Source: Candidatus Cloacimonadota bacterium
Lineage (GTDB): Bacteria > Cloacimonadota > Cloacimonadia > G963667145
Length of the DNA: 64,000 nucleotides
Assembly (NCBI GenBank): GCA_963676615.1
Contig: OY781092.1
Coordinates: 1,056,001-1,120,000 of the forward strand
Direction of reading: 5' to 3'
The notes beneath the pieces are model-generated. The model saw only the letters and a program-made list of their open reading frames with translations. It was not told the origin of the DNA and did not search any database. Positions 28,021 to 38,735 of this stretch are shown here, piece after piece. The stretch's first letter is position 1. Every line of letters begins with the position of its first letter. The position numbers and the translations under genes are program-made.

Positions 28021-30743
28021 TTGACACTACCATTGTTTTTATTATTAACTACTCCAAACACAATCAACATGGCTAAACCTATGAAAGACAAAGCGATAGA
28101 AAAATCAAGCCCTTTAGGTATATATTTCAAAATTATCGTATGCTCCCCTATGCCTATCATAACACCTGAGAAACCAATATTAGCTCTTACCAATTTCTTC
28201 TCTACGCCATCGACATACAATTTCCAATTGCCATCATATAATATAGGGAAAAACAACATCCCTTTTTCTTCGACTTTAATAGTTCCTGAAATTAAGTCAT
28301 CATTAAAATTTTTTATATTCAAACTTTGATAATCATTAAATGTAAATGAGTCTTTTTTAGATTTATGATAACTAAAATTTATATTTTTTAACGCCATCCC
28401 TTCGGACAATTTATTGATAGGATCAATCCTCAACCCACTCATCGATCGATCACTGAAAATATGAAAAGTATAATCATTCCACCCTTTAATTACAGAAAAT
28501 TTTTCTACATAGTTATTATCAAACACACCAATTTCTTTCCCACTACGAAGCGTAACTCTTCCTTCTTCGACCCACCTAATTTCACCTTTCCCATTGTATT
28601 CTGAATACAAATCAAAACTAAGCTTAAAATTAGTCAAATGAGTATTATTAAGACTAAAATAAAATATTGGATCTCTATTTAATGAATTAAAAAAGATTTT
28701 TTCTTTCTCTTTTTTCGTCACTAATATATTTTCAACACTGTATAATATAAGTTTTTTACTTCTATAAGGATAAGAAATAGTATCAATAAAATCAGATTTT
28801 TTGCTATTACTATCACCTGGCGAGATAACAACAAATTTATTCAAATTTATCAGACCTTGACGCATACTTTTCCCAATTGTATTAAAATCTCTTTCGGCAA
28901 TATATTTTCTAAAAACCGTTCCAAAAGGGATGAAATTTTTATTTTTATATATAAATGTGTTATTTATTTTTTTATAAAAAACAAAATTCGGAGAATTTAA
29001 TTCATTAAGTGATAAATAATACTTAACCCCTAACATATTAGCAATCCCCATATTCCCCATCTCCCAAGACATTTCTGAATGACTACTCGTATCTCCAATA
29101 GAGAAAAATCTATTAAACCTCATTAACGATGCAGAATGTATTGGCAAATACCCTGTCAAACCATTATAACCCTGAACTATGGCATCATTTAAAGATAGAC
29201 TTTTGTATAATTTGTGAATTCTAAAAAATTTCGTAGTATCAGTTGAATTGATATAATCTATTGCTTCACTCGTTCCATCTTTGTACTCATCATCAACAGA
29301 AAGTTGCCTATTATCAATTGAGATTTTCCCAAAGACTATTAATTCAGAAATAACCAGCAGAATTAAAATAATATTTCGATATTTATTTCTAGCTAAAATT
29401 TCAAAATATAGGAAATAAACAAAAATAAACAAATAACCTAAAATTAAGACCACATATTCGATTCTTGTTCGAACAGAATAGTATCTAATTAAAGCAGCAA
29501 AAGTTAAAATGAAAACCAAAAATATTGAAGATAGTTTGACTGACCTTAAAGGGTGTTCTTCAAATTTTGTTAAAGCCTTACCCAAACCAACAAGAGCTAC
29601 AATATTAAATAAATAACATGATCTATAATCCACATTTTTGTAGAATAAAACCAAAGCAGAATTAAAAAACGAATTATATAAAAATAAAAACGATAAGATT
29701 ATCACAAATGTAACTAATATTTTTTCTCTACATTTTGACTTGTAATACAAAAAAGGAAGTAATATAAGACTTAAAATTCCTGAATACAAAATTGGTTCTT
29801 CATAGTAATTAAATCCATTTGCTTGAACAAATTTATTTCCACATCCTATAATATCTGCAGAAAATAGTCGCAAAATACCTGAAGAAAATAATTGGGAAAA
29901 ATGCGGTACAAAATTTATGATGTCACCTAAATTGAAAGAGTTTACCCCAGAGCGCGGAGAAACTCTAACAACATTCATAAAAAAAGGCAACCACGATATT
30001 GAAGAGATTAGGATGGAAATGGAAAAAATAACAAACAGTTTAAACATATAGTAAAAAAAATATTTCAGCCTAAATTTTTCACATAAGTATATATATTTTA
30101 TTATTGAATATAATACAATAAAAATATACATCTTTATCGCAAAATACATTGAAAAAAAAGATATAATAGAAATTGCCAGAATTAGTCCTACAACTTTTCT
30201 CTGAAAATACCATCGTTCAAACATCCACAACAAAAAAGCAGAATAAACAATAGCTGAACCAAATTGATAATGCTGTCCCCAAACAACCATGTAACCAGAA
30301 AAAGAGTATAATAAGGCCAACAAAAAAGAAATTTTTGAATTAAATTTTAGAAGAAAAGCATATCTGTAAAAAAAAATCCCTGCAAGTATATGTTTAACAA
30401 GCATTACATAAACAAGAGAGTCACGAAGATTTTCTTGACCTAAGATTATGGAGAGCCAACTAAAAATATCAAACAAATACAAATTTTGTAATACATTACC
30501 GCCCATAGCCAATTTAAAGGAATACCAAGAAGGATTTTTTATTAAATTAATGATTTGATAAAAAAAAGGTATATTCACATGATTAGTATCTGACCCAATA
30601 TCGTTAAAAACATAATATTGATGTCCAAATAATATCTTAGAATATATTACCAAAAAACAGCAAATTATTGACATTATAAGATAAAAAAGAGGGTACTTGG
30701 AAAAACTATATTTAGTCGAAAAATCCCTTCTTTTGATTTTCAC
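28017..30743 (-). CDS. YfhO-family membrane protein (GT-C fold glycosyltransferase)
   Basis: 908 aa; DIGSD loop, LYSFSGY, NYYEEPILYSG and C-terminal ILYDGNWKLYVDG..GEHTIILKY. Confidence 0.85.
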   Translation of the reverse strand: MKIKRRDFSTKYSFSKYPLFYLIMSIICCFLVIYSKILFGHQYYVFNDIGSDTNHVNIPFFYQIINLIKNPSWYSFKLAMGGNVLQNLYLFDIFSWLSIILGQENLRDSLVYVMLVKHILAGIFFYRYAFLLKFNSKISFLLALLYSFSGYMVVWGQHYQFGSAIVYSAFLLWMFERWYFQRKVVGLILAISIISFFSMYFAIKMYIFIVLYSIIKYIYLCEKFRLKYFFYYMFKLFVIFSISILISSISWLPFFMNVVRVSPRSGVNSFNLGDIINFVPHFSQLFSSGILRLFSADIIGCGNKFVQANGFNYYEEPILYSGILSLILLPFLYYKSKCREKILVTFVIILSFLFLYNSFFNSALVLFYKNVDYRSCYLFNIVALVGLGKALTKFEEHPLRSVKLSSIFLVFILTFAALIRYYSVRTRIEYVVLILGYLFIFVYFLYFEILARNKYRNIILILLVISELIVFGKISIDNRQLSVDDEYKDGTSEAIDYINSTDTTKFFRIHKLYKSLSLNDAIVQGYNGLTGYLPIHSASLMRFNRFFSIGDTSSHSEMSWEMGNMGIANMLGVKYYLSLNELNSPNFVFYKKINNTFIYKNKNFIPFGTVFRKYIAERDFNTIGKSMRQGLINLNKFVVISPGDSNSKKSDFIDTISYPYRSKKLILYSVENILVTKKEKEKIFFNSLNRDPIFYFSLNNTHLTNFKLSFDLYSEYNGKGEIRWVEEGRVTLRSGKEIGVFDNNYVEKFSVIKGWNDYTFHIFSDRSMSGLRIDPINKLSEGMALKNINFSYHKSKKDSFTFNDYQSLNIKNFNDDLISGTIKVEEKGMLFFPILYDGNWKLYVDGVEKKLVRANIGFSGVMIGIGEHTIILKYIPKGLDFSIALSFIGLAMLIVFGVVNNKNNGSVK

Positions 30744-31486
30744 TACTTAATCCCCACTATAAAAATAGATTGCGACCAACATCTTAGAAATGGCATTTTT
30801 TCAATTATATCTCCAGCATAGATAAAAAATCCAACTAATATTTTAGGTGTTACGGGAAGTAAAAAATCCAAAAATTTAATCTTTATTTTCCTAAAACATA
30901 CTTTTCGCAATTTATTTTTAATATCCTTACTGGTAAAAGCCATCTCTTCAAATTCTAAATTTGCCAACTTCCTAAAAACCCGAAACTTAAAAATCAAAAA
31001 AACATAAGGATTATATAAGTTAGGCTCCCAAAATATTACTTTGCCTCCGTCCTTCAGTAAGCCTCTAATAGACTCTAACGAGTTGTCAATACTATAGTAT
31101 AGATGGTGTAGAATTCCATCTCCTATTATATAATCAAATTTTTCTGTATTAGCAAAATCATTTATTTTATTGAAATCTTTAACCTGAAAACTTAAATTAT
31201 TTCTTTGATATTTATTACTAGCTTCCTTTATGAACTTTTTAGAAATATCAATCCCTAAGACTTCAAAATTTGAATTTTGTGCAATATAATTACACATTTC
31301 CCCTGTACTACATCCAATTTCGAGAACTCTAGTTTTTTTCTCAGATTTTAGTTCCATTTCTGATAAAGCCCTATCCCATCTCCTTTTGCTCCTTACCCAC
31401 CAAGTTTGATTTTTTTTAAATCCTTGGTTGAATCCTCTTTCGTCTTTAATAGAAGTCATATTGCCCCTTTCTACTTTGAATGCCAT
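30743..31486 (-). CDS. Class I SAM-dependent methyltransferase
   Basis: VLEIGCSTG, GIDIS, FDYIIGDGILHH and LKDGG..EPN motifs. Confidence 0.9.
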   Translation of the reverse strand: MAFKVERGNMTSIKDERGFNQGFKKNQTWWVRSKRRWDRALSEMELKSEKKTRVLEIGCSTGEMCNYIAQNSNFEVLGIDISKKFIKEASNKYQRNNLSFQVKDFNKINDFANTEKFDYIIGDGILHHLYYSIDNSLESIRGLLKDGGKVIFWEPNLYNPYVFLIFKFRVFRKLANLEFEEMAFTSKDIKNKLRKVCFRKIKIKFLDFLLPVTPKILVGFFIYAGDIIEKMPFLRCWSQSIFIVGIK

Positions 31487-31705
31487 AAAATATTAAAACA
31501 TCATCATTAAACCGAATTTTATCCTTAAAGTTAAAGAGCATATATATCAACACCATTTTTTGAAATTGCCAACAAGAAATCCATGGTAACACATCGCCAG
31601 AATTACATTCAATATTTTTGCTCCATATCCAAGGAGCCAGTAAATAATAAAAGTTGTGTTAGCTTATTTTTTTTTAAATTAATCATATTAATGCAAAGGA
31701 AACCA

Positions 31706-33673
31706 TCATTTTTTTACTCCGAAACTACCTATTTCTTCTCTATCCTCAACTCTTCTTCCTCTATGAATTACCTGAGAACGAATAAAAACTGGGCGACCTT
31801 TAGCTTCTTGAAAAATTTTTATTATATATTCTCCTATTAATGAAACTGCAAATAGATTTATTCCTCCAAAAAATAGAATCAATACTATTATAGTAGGTAC
31901 TCCATGAGGTATGTTCGGGAAAAGAAAACTTGCAACCACTTGATATAGTATAGCTAAAAATGAAACTCCTGTCAATAACACACCTAAGAAAGTAAGCATC
32001 TCCAATGGGGCAAAGCTAAATGAAAAAATTCCTTTCTTTGCCCATTGTACATTTTTAATCATATTATTAGTTGATTTCCCAAACATCCGTTCTGGTCTAA
32101 AATAACTTACTCCTATTTGCTTAAACCCAACCCAGGCTCTCAACCCTCGTAAAAATTGTTCTTTCTCAGGAAGATTTAATATTTCGTTAACAACCTTTCT
32201 ATCTATTAAAGAAAAATCACCTGCATCCACTGGTATTTTTATGTAAGCCAAACTTTTAAAAATTCTATAAAACATCTTATAAAATATATTCATAAAAAAC
32301 GAAGCTTCTCGTTTTTTGCGCACCCCATATACTACATCATTGCCTTCAAGCCATTTGGAATGAAATTTTTCTATTATTTCTGGCGGATCTTGCAAATCTC
32401 CGTCCATTAATACAACAGCATCACCAGACGCTATTCCCATACCACTCAAAAAAGAAGCTTGTGAACCAAAATTTCTTGAATGAGTTATTGCCACGACATT
32501 TAAATCATCAACACAAATTTTATCCAAAACTCTTTGAGTATTATCAGGCGAACAATCGTTAACAAATACAATTTCGTAATTGCAACCAATTTTTTTAAAT
32601 GTCTTCACTAATCGTTCATACATAATTAGAATAGCCTGTTCATCCTTATAACAAGCTATAATTGGAGAAATTTTTAAAGTTTTTTTGGGCTGAGTAAAAC
32701 AATCTAACACTTTTTTATAACCAACACTATTTTGCCAATTCATAGTGTCCTTAATTCCTTGTTTTAAAGAAATTTTTACTTCCCAATTCAATATTTGCTT
32801 TGCACTCTCTACTTCACCGTACCAATCGCTCAAATCCCAGTTTCTATTTTGCATACTACCAAATTTAGCTGGTTCTGAAATATTAAATATTTCTGCAATA
32901 TAACCCGTAAGCTCTTTTATCGTTGTCCTAATTCCAGATGCTATATTAACACTCTTGCCATAATTTTTTTCATCTACATTGTTAGCTGCACAAAAAAATG
33001 CATTTAAACAGTCATCAATATGAACAAAATCTCTGCTTATCTCGGGATTTACCAATTGTGGATACTTAGCTTTTCTAGCGTTTTCAATTAACTTAGGGAA
33101 TAATCTATCAGGCTCTTCCCATCTTCCATAAATCGAATACAGTCTCAAATTTACACATGGAATTTTTTTATACTTTGCATAATAATCTATCAAATATGAA
33201 GTTGACAATTTGGAAACTGAATAAAAACTATTAGGCTCAAAAGGTCCCTCTACAGAAGGCTGTGTGCAGTTCTCTCCATACTCAGAGCTACTCCCTGCAT
33301 TTATAAACATCTTAATATCACGACATGATTCTAAAATATTTAAAGTTCCTATAAGGTTAGTTTGAAAAATCAATGAAGTGTCTTGTTGCTTTGAATATCC
33401 ACCATAAGCAGAAAGGTTAAATATAGTTTTTGGACGATATTTCTCAAAAAGTTTTCCAACCGACCTCTTATAAGTTATATCACAATATAGAATATTTTCT
33501 TTGAGAGTATTCAATAATTTTAATCTCCAAGCGTTTCTTATATTATGAGATATTGCATAACAATCTTTTCGATACTTTAATATCTCTGCAAATAAATTTG
33601 CACCTATAAAACCGCTGCCACCAAATATAAATATTGGACCTTCTATTTTCCCTATTTTTTCTTTTAAATCCAT
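31706..33673 (-). CDS. Fusion: NAD-dependent epimerase/reductase + GtrB-like GT2 (polyprenol-phosphate glycosyltransferase)
   Basis: N-half GGSGFIG, GSSSEYG, YSVSK. C-half VNDCSPD, SRNFG, MDGDLQDPP, DAGDF and two C-terminal TM helices. Confidence 0.9.
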   Translation of the reverse strand: MDLKEKIGKIEGPIFIFGGSGFIGANLFAEILKYRKDCYAISHNIRNAWRLKLLNTLKENILYCDITYKRSVGKLFEKYRPKTIFNLSAYGGYSKQQDTSLIFQTNLIGTLNILESCRDIKMFINAGSSSEYGENCTQPSVEGPFEPNSFYSVSKLSTSYLIDYYAKYKKIPCVNLRLYSIYGRWEEPDRLFPKLIENARKAKYPQLVNPEISRDFVHIDDCLNAFFCAANNVDEKNYGKSVNIASGIRTTIKELTGYIAEIFNISEPAKFGSMQNRNWDLSDWYGEVESAKQILNWEVKISLKQGIKDTMNWQNSVGYKKVLDCFTQPKKTLKISPIIACYKDEQAILIMYERLVKTFKKIGCNYEIVFVNDCSPDNTQRVLDKICVDDLNVVAITHSRNFGSQASFLSGMGIASGDAVVLMDGDLQDPPEIIEKFHSKWLEGNDVVYGVRKKREASFFMNIFYKMFYRIFKSLAYIKIPVDAGDFSLIDRKVVNEILNLPEKEQFLRGLRAWVGFKQIGVSYFRPERMFGKSTNNMIKNVQWAKKGIFSFSFAPLEMLTFLGVLLTGVSFLAILYQVVASFLFPNIPHGVPTIIVLILFFGGINLFAVSLIGEYIIKIFQEAKGRPVFIRSQVIHRGRRVEDREEIGSFGVKK

Positions 33674-34554
33674 TCTTGCACCAATTTAGATATATTATTT
33701 GTATCAAGCCCATTTACTCTTTGATGATATTTCTGACTGCCATATTTATAGTTTTGATAACCTTCTGAAGCCAGACTTTTAAATTTAGCCAATGCAATGC
33801 CTTCTTCCAGTAGTTTTAATGCAATATATTCTGCAACTCCTCCCTTTCTAACATGCTCCTCTACTACCAATAGTTTTTTTGATAGAGCTAAGCTATTTTT
33901 TAATTCTTTAGTTATTTCAAAAGGAATTTTATTTATTATAAAAACATCAATATCATCAAATGTTCCAACAGCATCAATAACATTTTGAACAATAGGACCA
34001 AGAGCAATAATAGTTACTTTAGGTCTTTTAAATTTTTCCAACACCCCCAATCCTAAATTAACTCTCCTGTCATTAAAATTATAACCTAACCTTAAATAAG
34101 AAGGCGATTTATGTTCTAAAAAGCTATCAATTGCATTGCAAACATCATTATTAAAAGCTGGAATATATGCTGTCATATTTGGCAAAGAACAAATTGAAGC
34201 CAAATCTTCTATGGCATGATGAGTTGGTCCCATTATCCCATAACCATATCCTCCACCATTTCCCACAATGCAGACAGGAAGATTATGAAGACAACAATCA
34301 ATCTTAATCTGCTCTAAAACTCTAAATGTAACAAATGGGGCAATACTATAACAAAAAACCTTATACCCTTTACTCGCTAAACCCGCAGCAACGCCAATCA
34401 TATTTTGTTCTGCGACACCACAATTAATAAATCTATAGCCAAGATATTCCCTAATTTCTTCAAGAGCATTAAACCCCAAATCACCCGTCAACAAGACTAT
34501 ATCATCTTGTTTTTTCACTTTTTCTAATAGATACTTTGAAAATTCCTTACGCAT
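33664..34554 (-). CDS. Transketolase, C-terminal (pyrimidine-binding) subunit
   Basis: LTGDLG, GVAEQNMIG, GPTHHA and VEEH motifs; start taken at the ATG of MRKEF. Confidence 0.9.
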   Translation of the reverse strand: MRKEFSKYLLEKVKKQDDIVLLTGDLGFNALEEIREYLGYRFINCGVAEQNMIGVAAGLASKGYKVFCYSIAPFVTFRVLEQIKIDCCLHNLPVCIVGNGGGYGYGIMGPTHHAIEDLASICSLPNMTAYIPAFNNDVCNAIDSFLEHKSPSYLRLGYNFNDRRVNLGLGVLEKFKRPKVTIIALGPIVQNVIDAVGTFDDIDVFIINKIPFEITKELKNSLALSKKLLVVEEHVRKGGVAEYIALKLLEEGIALAKFKSLASEGYQNYKYGSQKYHQRVNGLDTNNISKLVQEWI

Positions 34555-35317
34555 AATAACCAAGATTTTCAATAGCAATTTTATAATGTTCTTCTGTCAT
34601 TGGCAAATAATGCCAGTCAATTTTATTTTCCATAAACGAAACACCTTTTCCCTTAATTGTGTTTCCAATTATTAACTTTGGCCTTTTATTGTTCAAATCG
34701 AAATTCTTAACACTTTCTTCAATTTCAGATTGACAATTGCCATCAATCTCCAAAACATCAAAACCAATATTCTCCCATTTAATTTTACTTGCTGTGTCTC
34801 CCAAGACATCTTCAATTTTTCCAAAAGCCTGAATTTTATTTTTGTCTATAAAAACAATTAATTTATCCAACCTATTCGCTACTGCAAAATGTGCTGCCTC
34901 CCATGTTGTCCCCTCATTCGTCTCCCCATCAGAGATGATTACAAAAGTTCGCAAATCGTTACATTCAAGTTTATTTGCATAAGCTACTCCACAGGAAATT
35001 GGCAACCCATGCCCCAAAGAGCCTAAACCAAAAGGGATATCTTCTCTAAAATAAAAAGAAGATGGATGAGCTGGCAATTTAGTCCCGTCTTTATAAAAAG
35101 TTAAAAGCTCTTCATCTGAAATTTTTCCAATTTCATTTAAACAAACATATAAGGCCAAAGCAGCATGCCCCTTGGAAAGTATTACTTGTTCACCTTTCCC
35201 TCTCAACTTTGAATAACAAATATACAACATATCTATAACACTCAAACATCCTCCAATATGACCTGTTTTCGTTTGATATGCTATATCTAATATTTTTTTT
35301 CTTAATTTTATATTCAT
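34547..35317 (-). CDS. Transketolase, N-terminal (TPP-binding) subunit
   Basis: GHIGGCLS, LSKGH, GSLGHG, SDGETNEG and KGKGVSFME..WHY motifs. Confidence 0.92.
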   Translation of the reverse strand: MNIKLRKKILDIAYQTKTGHIGGCLSVIDMLYICYSKLRGKGEQVILSKGHAALALYVCLNEIGKISDEELLTFYKDGTKLPAHPSSFYFREDIPFGLGSLGHGLPISCGVAYANKLECNDLRTFVIISDGETNEGTTWEAAHFAVANRLDKLIVFIDKNKIQAFGKIEDVLGDTASKIKWENIGFDVLEIDGNCQSEIEESVKNFDLNNKRPKLIIGNTIKGKGVSFMENKIDWHYLPMTEEHYKIAIENLGYYA

Positions 35318-35335
35318 AAATGCAACCTTAAAGTT

Positions 35336-36886
35336 TTATTCAAATAGACTCACCAACATATGTTTACTTTCAGAATTAATAAAATTTTTAAGCTTTTTAT
35401 ATAGTAATTGCTCATCAAGAGAAACAGTGTTATAAATCAAAATTTGTTCATAAAAACTATTATAATCAAATTCTCGACCTAGATAAAATCTCTGACCGCC
35501 AATCTCTAAGTCATCACTATAATTATCTTGCAAAACAAAATCGTGATAGATAACTTTATTCGCCATATCTTTTTGTTTTTCGGTTAACTTTGGTAAACGA
35601 CCAACGCTATTTTTTAGTAAGCCCTCATAATCTTCCACACTATTCGGTTCAATAGTAAACCCAAAACCACTATAGGGAGCCTTAGCTGCCAAAACAACAG
35701 GTTTGCCCATATATGCGAATTCTAAGCCGATAGTCCCGCCACAAGTCACCACAACATCTACATCATTCATAATAGTAAGCGAATGAACATTATTTTTTAG
35801 CAACCGTTCTTCACAACCAAAACTTTTCAATATATTTTTTATAACACCATCCTCTTTATACAAGCTTGCCGAAGGATGTTCTTTAATTACAAAATTAATA
35901 TCTTTATTTTGAAGTAAACTTTCTACACTCTTACAAAACCATTGATAGTAATCTTTATAAATAAGTTCGGGATAGCCGTGTGGTGCATCACAAAATATAT
36001 GAGCCATCAAAGCAACAATCGGCTTATCTGTAGATAATTGATACTCGTTTTCTAATTCCTTCCTAGTTAACACTCTTTTGTCCCCAGAAAAAGCTTTTAT
36101 CACATCATGCTGTTCCATATCAGCGCGAAATCTTTTCCCAAAATAATTATGAATATATTTTTCAACTATTTTAGAGTCCAATTTATTTAAATAGCTCACT
36201 TCTGGCTTTCGACAATGCATATCAAAATCGTCTCCGCTCAAATATTTTCGCATAGAAAACCCGTTTAAGTTTACAGGAGTAACACACTCTATACCAAAAA
36301 ATTTAGCCAGTTCAAATAAAAGCCCATAACGATAGACATTATCCCCTACAACTATCATCTTCACATTTTTTTTTGTTATTAGTGCTTTAAAAAAGAAAAA
36401 ATAGTTGAGTTCCATCAATACTCTAATTCTAAATTTCCAATTAAGCTTATCCAAGGTCGGAATTCTGTTTTGTGCTAGCAGATGATCATAAATATACTCA
36501 CCGACCTTACAATCACCTATCCACAGGCTCAATAATTCATCTCCATTTTTTATATTCAAACCATGTTTCAATATAAAAAATAAATCTCTACAAAAACTTA
36601 ATAAAAAATCAACTTTGCAACCTATAATATTGGGATTCATGGATTTAATAAATTTGATAGATTCTTCATTTTTTTTCAAAATCCTAATCCCAAGAGGAGT
36701 CAATTTTTTCAAACTAGCAATTATCAAAGCTACTTTACCTATACCATACAATAAAGAAATATCTGAATAAAAACATTCGTACAGAAGTGTTCCTTGACTA
36801 TTTTTACGAGTATTAACATTTATCCAAAATTTTTTATTACTTTCTAACACTTTTTTAAACAAGCTTTTCTCCACTGTGTCCCTCAA
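35336..36886 (-). CDS. Capsule-biosynthesis (KpsS/KpsC-like) GT-B protein, putative ulosonic-acid transferase
   Basis: C-terminal FVIKEHP and VVTCGGTIGLEFAYMGKPVV motifs. Confidence 0.6.
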   Translation of the reverse strand: MRDTVEKSLFKKVLESNKKFWINVNTRKNSQGTLLYECFYSDISLLYGIGKVALIIASLKKLTPLGIRILKKNEESIKFIKSMNPNIIGCKVDFLLSFCRDLFFILKHGLNIKNGDELLSLWIGDCKVGEYIYDHLLAQNRIPTLDKLNWKFRIRVLMELNYFFFFKALITKKNVKMIVVGDNVYRYGLLFELAKFFGIECVTPVNLNGFSMRKYLSGDDFDMHCRKPEVSYLNKLDSKIVEKYIHNYFGKRFRADMEQHDVIKAFSGDKRVLTRKELENEYQLSTDKPIVALMAHIFCDAPHGYPELIYKDYYQWFCKSVESLLQNKDINFVIKEHPSASLYKEDGVIKNILKSFGCEERLLKNNVHSLTIMNDVDVVVTCGGTIGLEFAYMGKPVVLAAKAPYSGFGFTIEPNSVEDYEGLLKNSVGRLPKLTEKQKDMANKVIYHDFVLQDNYSDDLEIGGQRFYLGREFDYNSFYEQILIYNTVSLDEQLLYKKLKNFINSESKHMLVSLFE

Positions 36887-38069
36887 ACCAATTTAATCTA
36901 AATCTAACATAATACCAATTACAAATCATACCTACAGCAAAAGCAAACAAAGTTGCTAAAGCCGCTCCCATAATTCCCCATCTAGGAATCGCAAAATAAT
37001 TTATAAGCACATTGCAAATCCCCGCAATTCCCACTAGCAAAGTATAAAATTTATACTTATTTTCAAATATAAGAATCCCATTAAAAAGTTTCCAAATCCC
37101 ATCCAAACAGTAGCCAAACGAGACAATAACAGCAATCAAACCAGCTGCTGCAAATTTTTCATCTATAAATAATTGTACATAAAAATATGAAGCAATAGAA
37201 GAAAAAAAAGTCAAAATCAACAAAAATCCTGAAATTTTTAAAATTGTTTTTTTTACTTGCTTCCTATTAGCAGAATTTTCTACTAAGAAAGGAAGCCAAG
37301 TTTTTGAGACCGCACATTGAATAAATAAAACAACCATTCCAAACTTATAGCCAACTCCATAAACTCCAAGATCTTCTACAGAAATCATATCAGATATCAT
37401 AAATCGATCTATTTTTTCTAATCCCCAAGAAAGAACAAGCCCTACGGCTATTGGCAAACCAATTCTGTAAAACTCTTTTATTGAAACCAAAAAAGAGAAA
37501 CAAGATGTCATTTTTTTGTTATCAAAATCATAAAATAAAACAAGTAAAATCAGAAAAGCGATCACTATTGGAGCAAGGATTCTACCATAAACGCTGCCCG
37601 AATAATATACCCACACAATGCCCAAGGCAGCGCTTAAAAAAGCAGAAATGGAGGTAAAACAAGCATACTTTAGCGCTTGTTTTTCCAACTGCAAAGCTGT
37701 TAAAAAAATACTCGAAAAAGAACTAATACTTGAAAAGATTATTATCAAAAAAAGTAAAGTTCTATCTATAGCAAAAAAATCATAAATATAAAAAGATGCC
37801 AAAAATAAAAACAAACAGGTTTGTACCAATATTCCCCTAAAGGCATTAACAAACTCTTGCTTCTCATCTTTCTCTGAATAATAATTAACCAGCGGGACAC
37901 TAGAACCCCACATTATAAAAACTGTAAATAGAGAAAAAAGAGCCGTAAAATTTTCAACAATTCCGAAATCAGTTTTCGAAAGCATATAGGTCAAAACAGT
38001 TACCGACAAAAAAGAAAATCCAGAAATAGCTACCGCTGCTCCTGAATAAATAAAAAGATTTTTTCTCAA
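36855..38069 (-). CDS. wzx: Wzx oligosaccharide flippase
   Basis: About 12 TM segments; LSKTDFG, IDRFMI..LGVYGVG and LINYFAIPRWGIMGAA motifs. Confidence 0.88.
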   Translation of the reverse strand: MRKNLFIYSGAAVAISGFSFLSVTVLTYMLSKTDFGIVENFTALFSLFTVFIMWGSSVPLVNYYSEKDEKQEFVNAFRGILVQTCLFLFLASFYIYDFFAIDRTLLFLIIIFSSISSFSSIFLTALQLEKQALKYACFTSISAFLSAALGIVWVYYSGSVYGRILAPIVIAFLILLVLFYDFDNKKMTSCFSFLVSIKEFYRIGLPIAVGLVLSWGLEKIDRFMISDMISVEDLGVYGVGYKFGMVVLFIQCAVSKTWLPFLVENSANRKQVKKTILKISGFLLILTFFSSIASYFYVQLFIDEKFAAAGLIAVIVSFGYCLDGIWKLFNGILIFENKYKFYTLLVGIAGICNVLINYFAIPRWGIMGAALATLFAFAVGMICNWYYVRFRLNWFEGHSGEKLV

Positions 38070-38084
38070 AATGTGCCCCAGCTT

Positions 38085-38735
38085 TTAAATCTTTTTCATA
38101 TCAAAACACTCTTCCTTCCAATCGCCTTTATAGGTTTTAGGAATACGCCAATCTTTACCATATCGCATTTCAAGCCATGGCTCAATAGGAGTAGGAATAA
38201 AATATTCTTTGTTTTGGAAACTCAATTTACCCAATTTTTCAAAAAACTTTAATTCTTGACATCTTTCAAAATCTCTTTCCGAATAATTATAGATTTTATC
38301 ATTTTTTTTATGCCAAAATAAAATATCAAAAATAATTTTATCCTGAGTATAATAAACAAGCTGCTGAATTTTACCCTTATATATAGCTTTTCTGCCTAAA
38401 GTCATACCTTTTTTCTTAAATGACTTATCTATTTCTTTCCATTTATCGACTCCTAAAACATCAACATCTATGTCGTTATCATGAGAAATAAACTTTCCTT
38501 CCCTATAAAGCCCCAAAATTGTCCCATCAGTAATACGATATTTAACATCTAACTCTTCCAATAAAGTACAAAATTTTGCCATTATTTTATCGCCACCTTC
38601 CGGCATAGGCTTATTTGCGTCAAATGGGAAACAATGATACTCAACAAAATCTTTTTTTAGTAACCAATCTCGATAATAGCAAAGTTTATTTTTACAAAAT
38701 CTGAAAAAAAATCTCATTTTACTTCTCTCAAACAT
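38085..38735 (-). CDS. LicD-family phosphotransferase
   Basis: GTILGLYREGKFISHDNDIDV and LEMRYGKDWRIP motifs. Confidence 0.88.
   Translation of the reverse strand: MFERSKMRFFFRFCKNKLCYYRDWLLKKDFVEYHCFPFDANKPMPEGGDKIMAKFCTLLEELDVKYRITDGTILGLYREGKFISHDNDIDVDVLGVDKWKEIDKSFKKKGMTLGRKAIYKGKIQQLVYYTQDKIIFDILFWHKKNDKIYNYSERDFERCQELKFFEKLGKLSFQNKEYFIPTPIEPWLEMRYGKDWRIPKTYKGDWKEECFDMKKI

Noticed and set aside
31487..31705. Possible GtrA/EamA flippase remnant between the methyltransferase and the epimerase-GT2 fusion
   Set aside because: Only short hydrophobic stretches interrupted by stops; no motif support.
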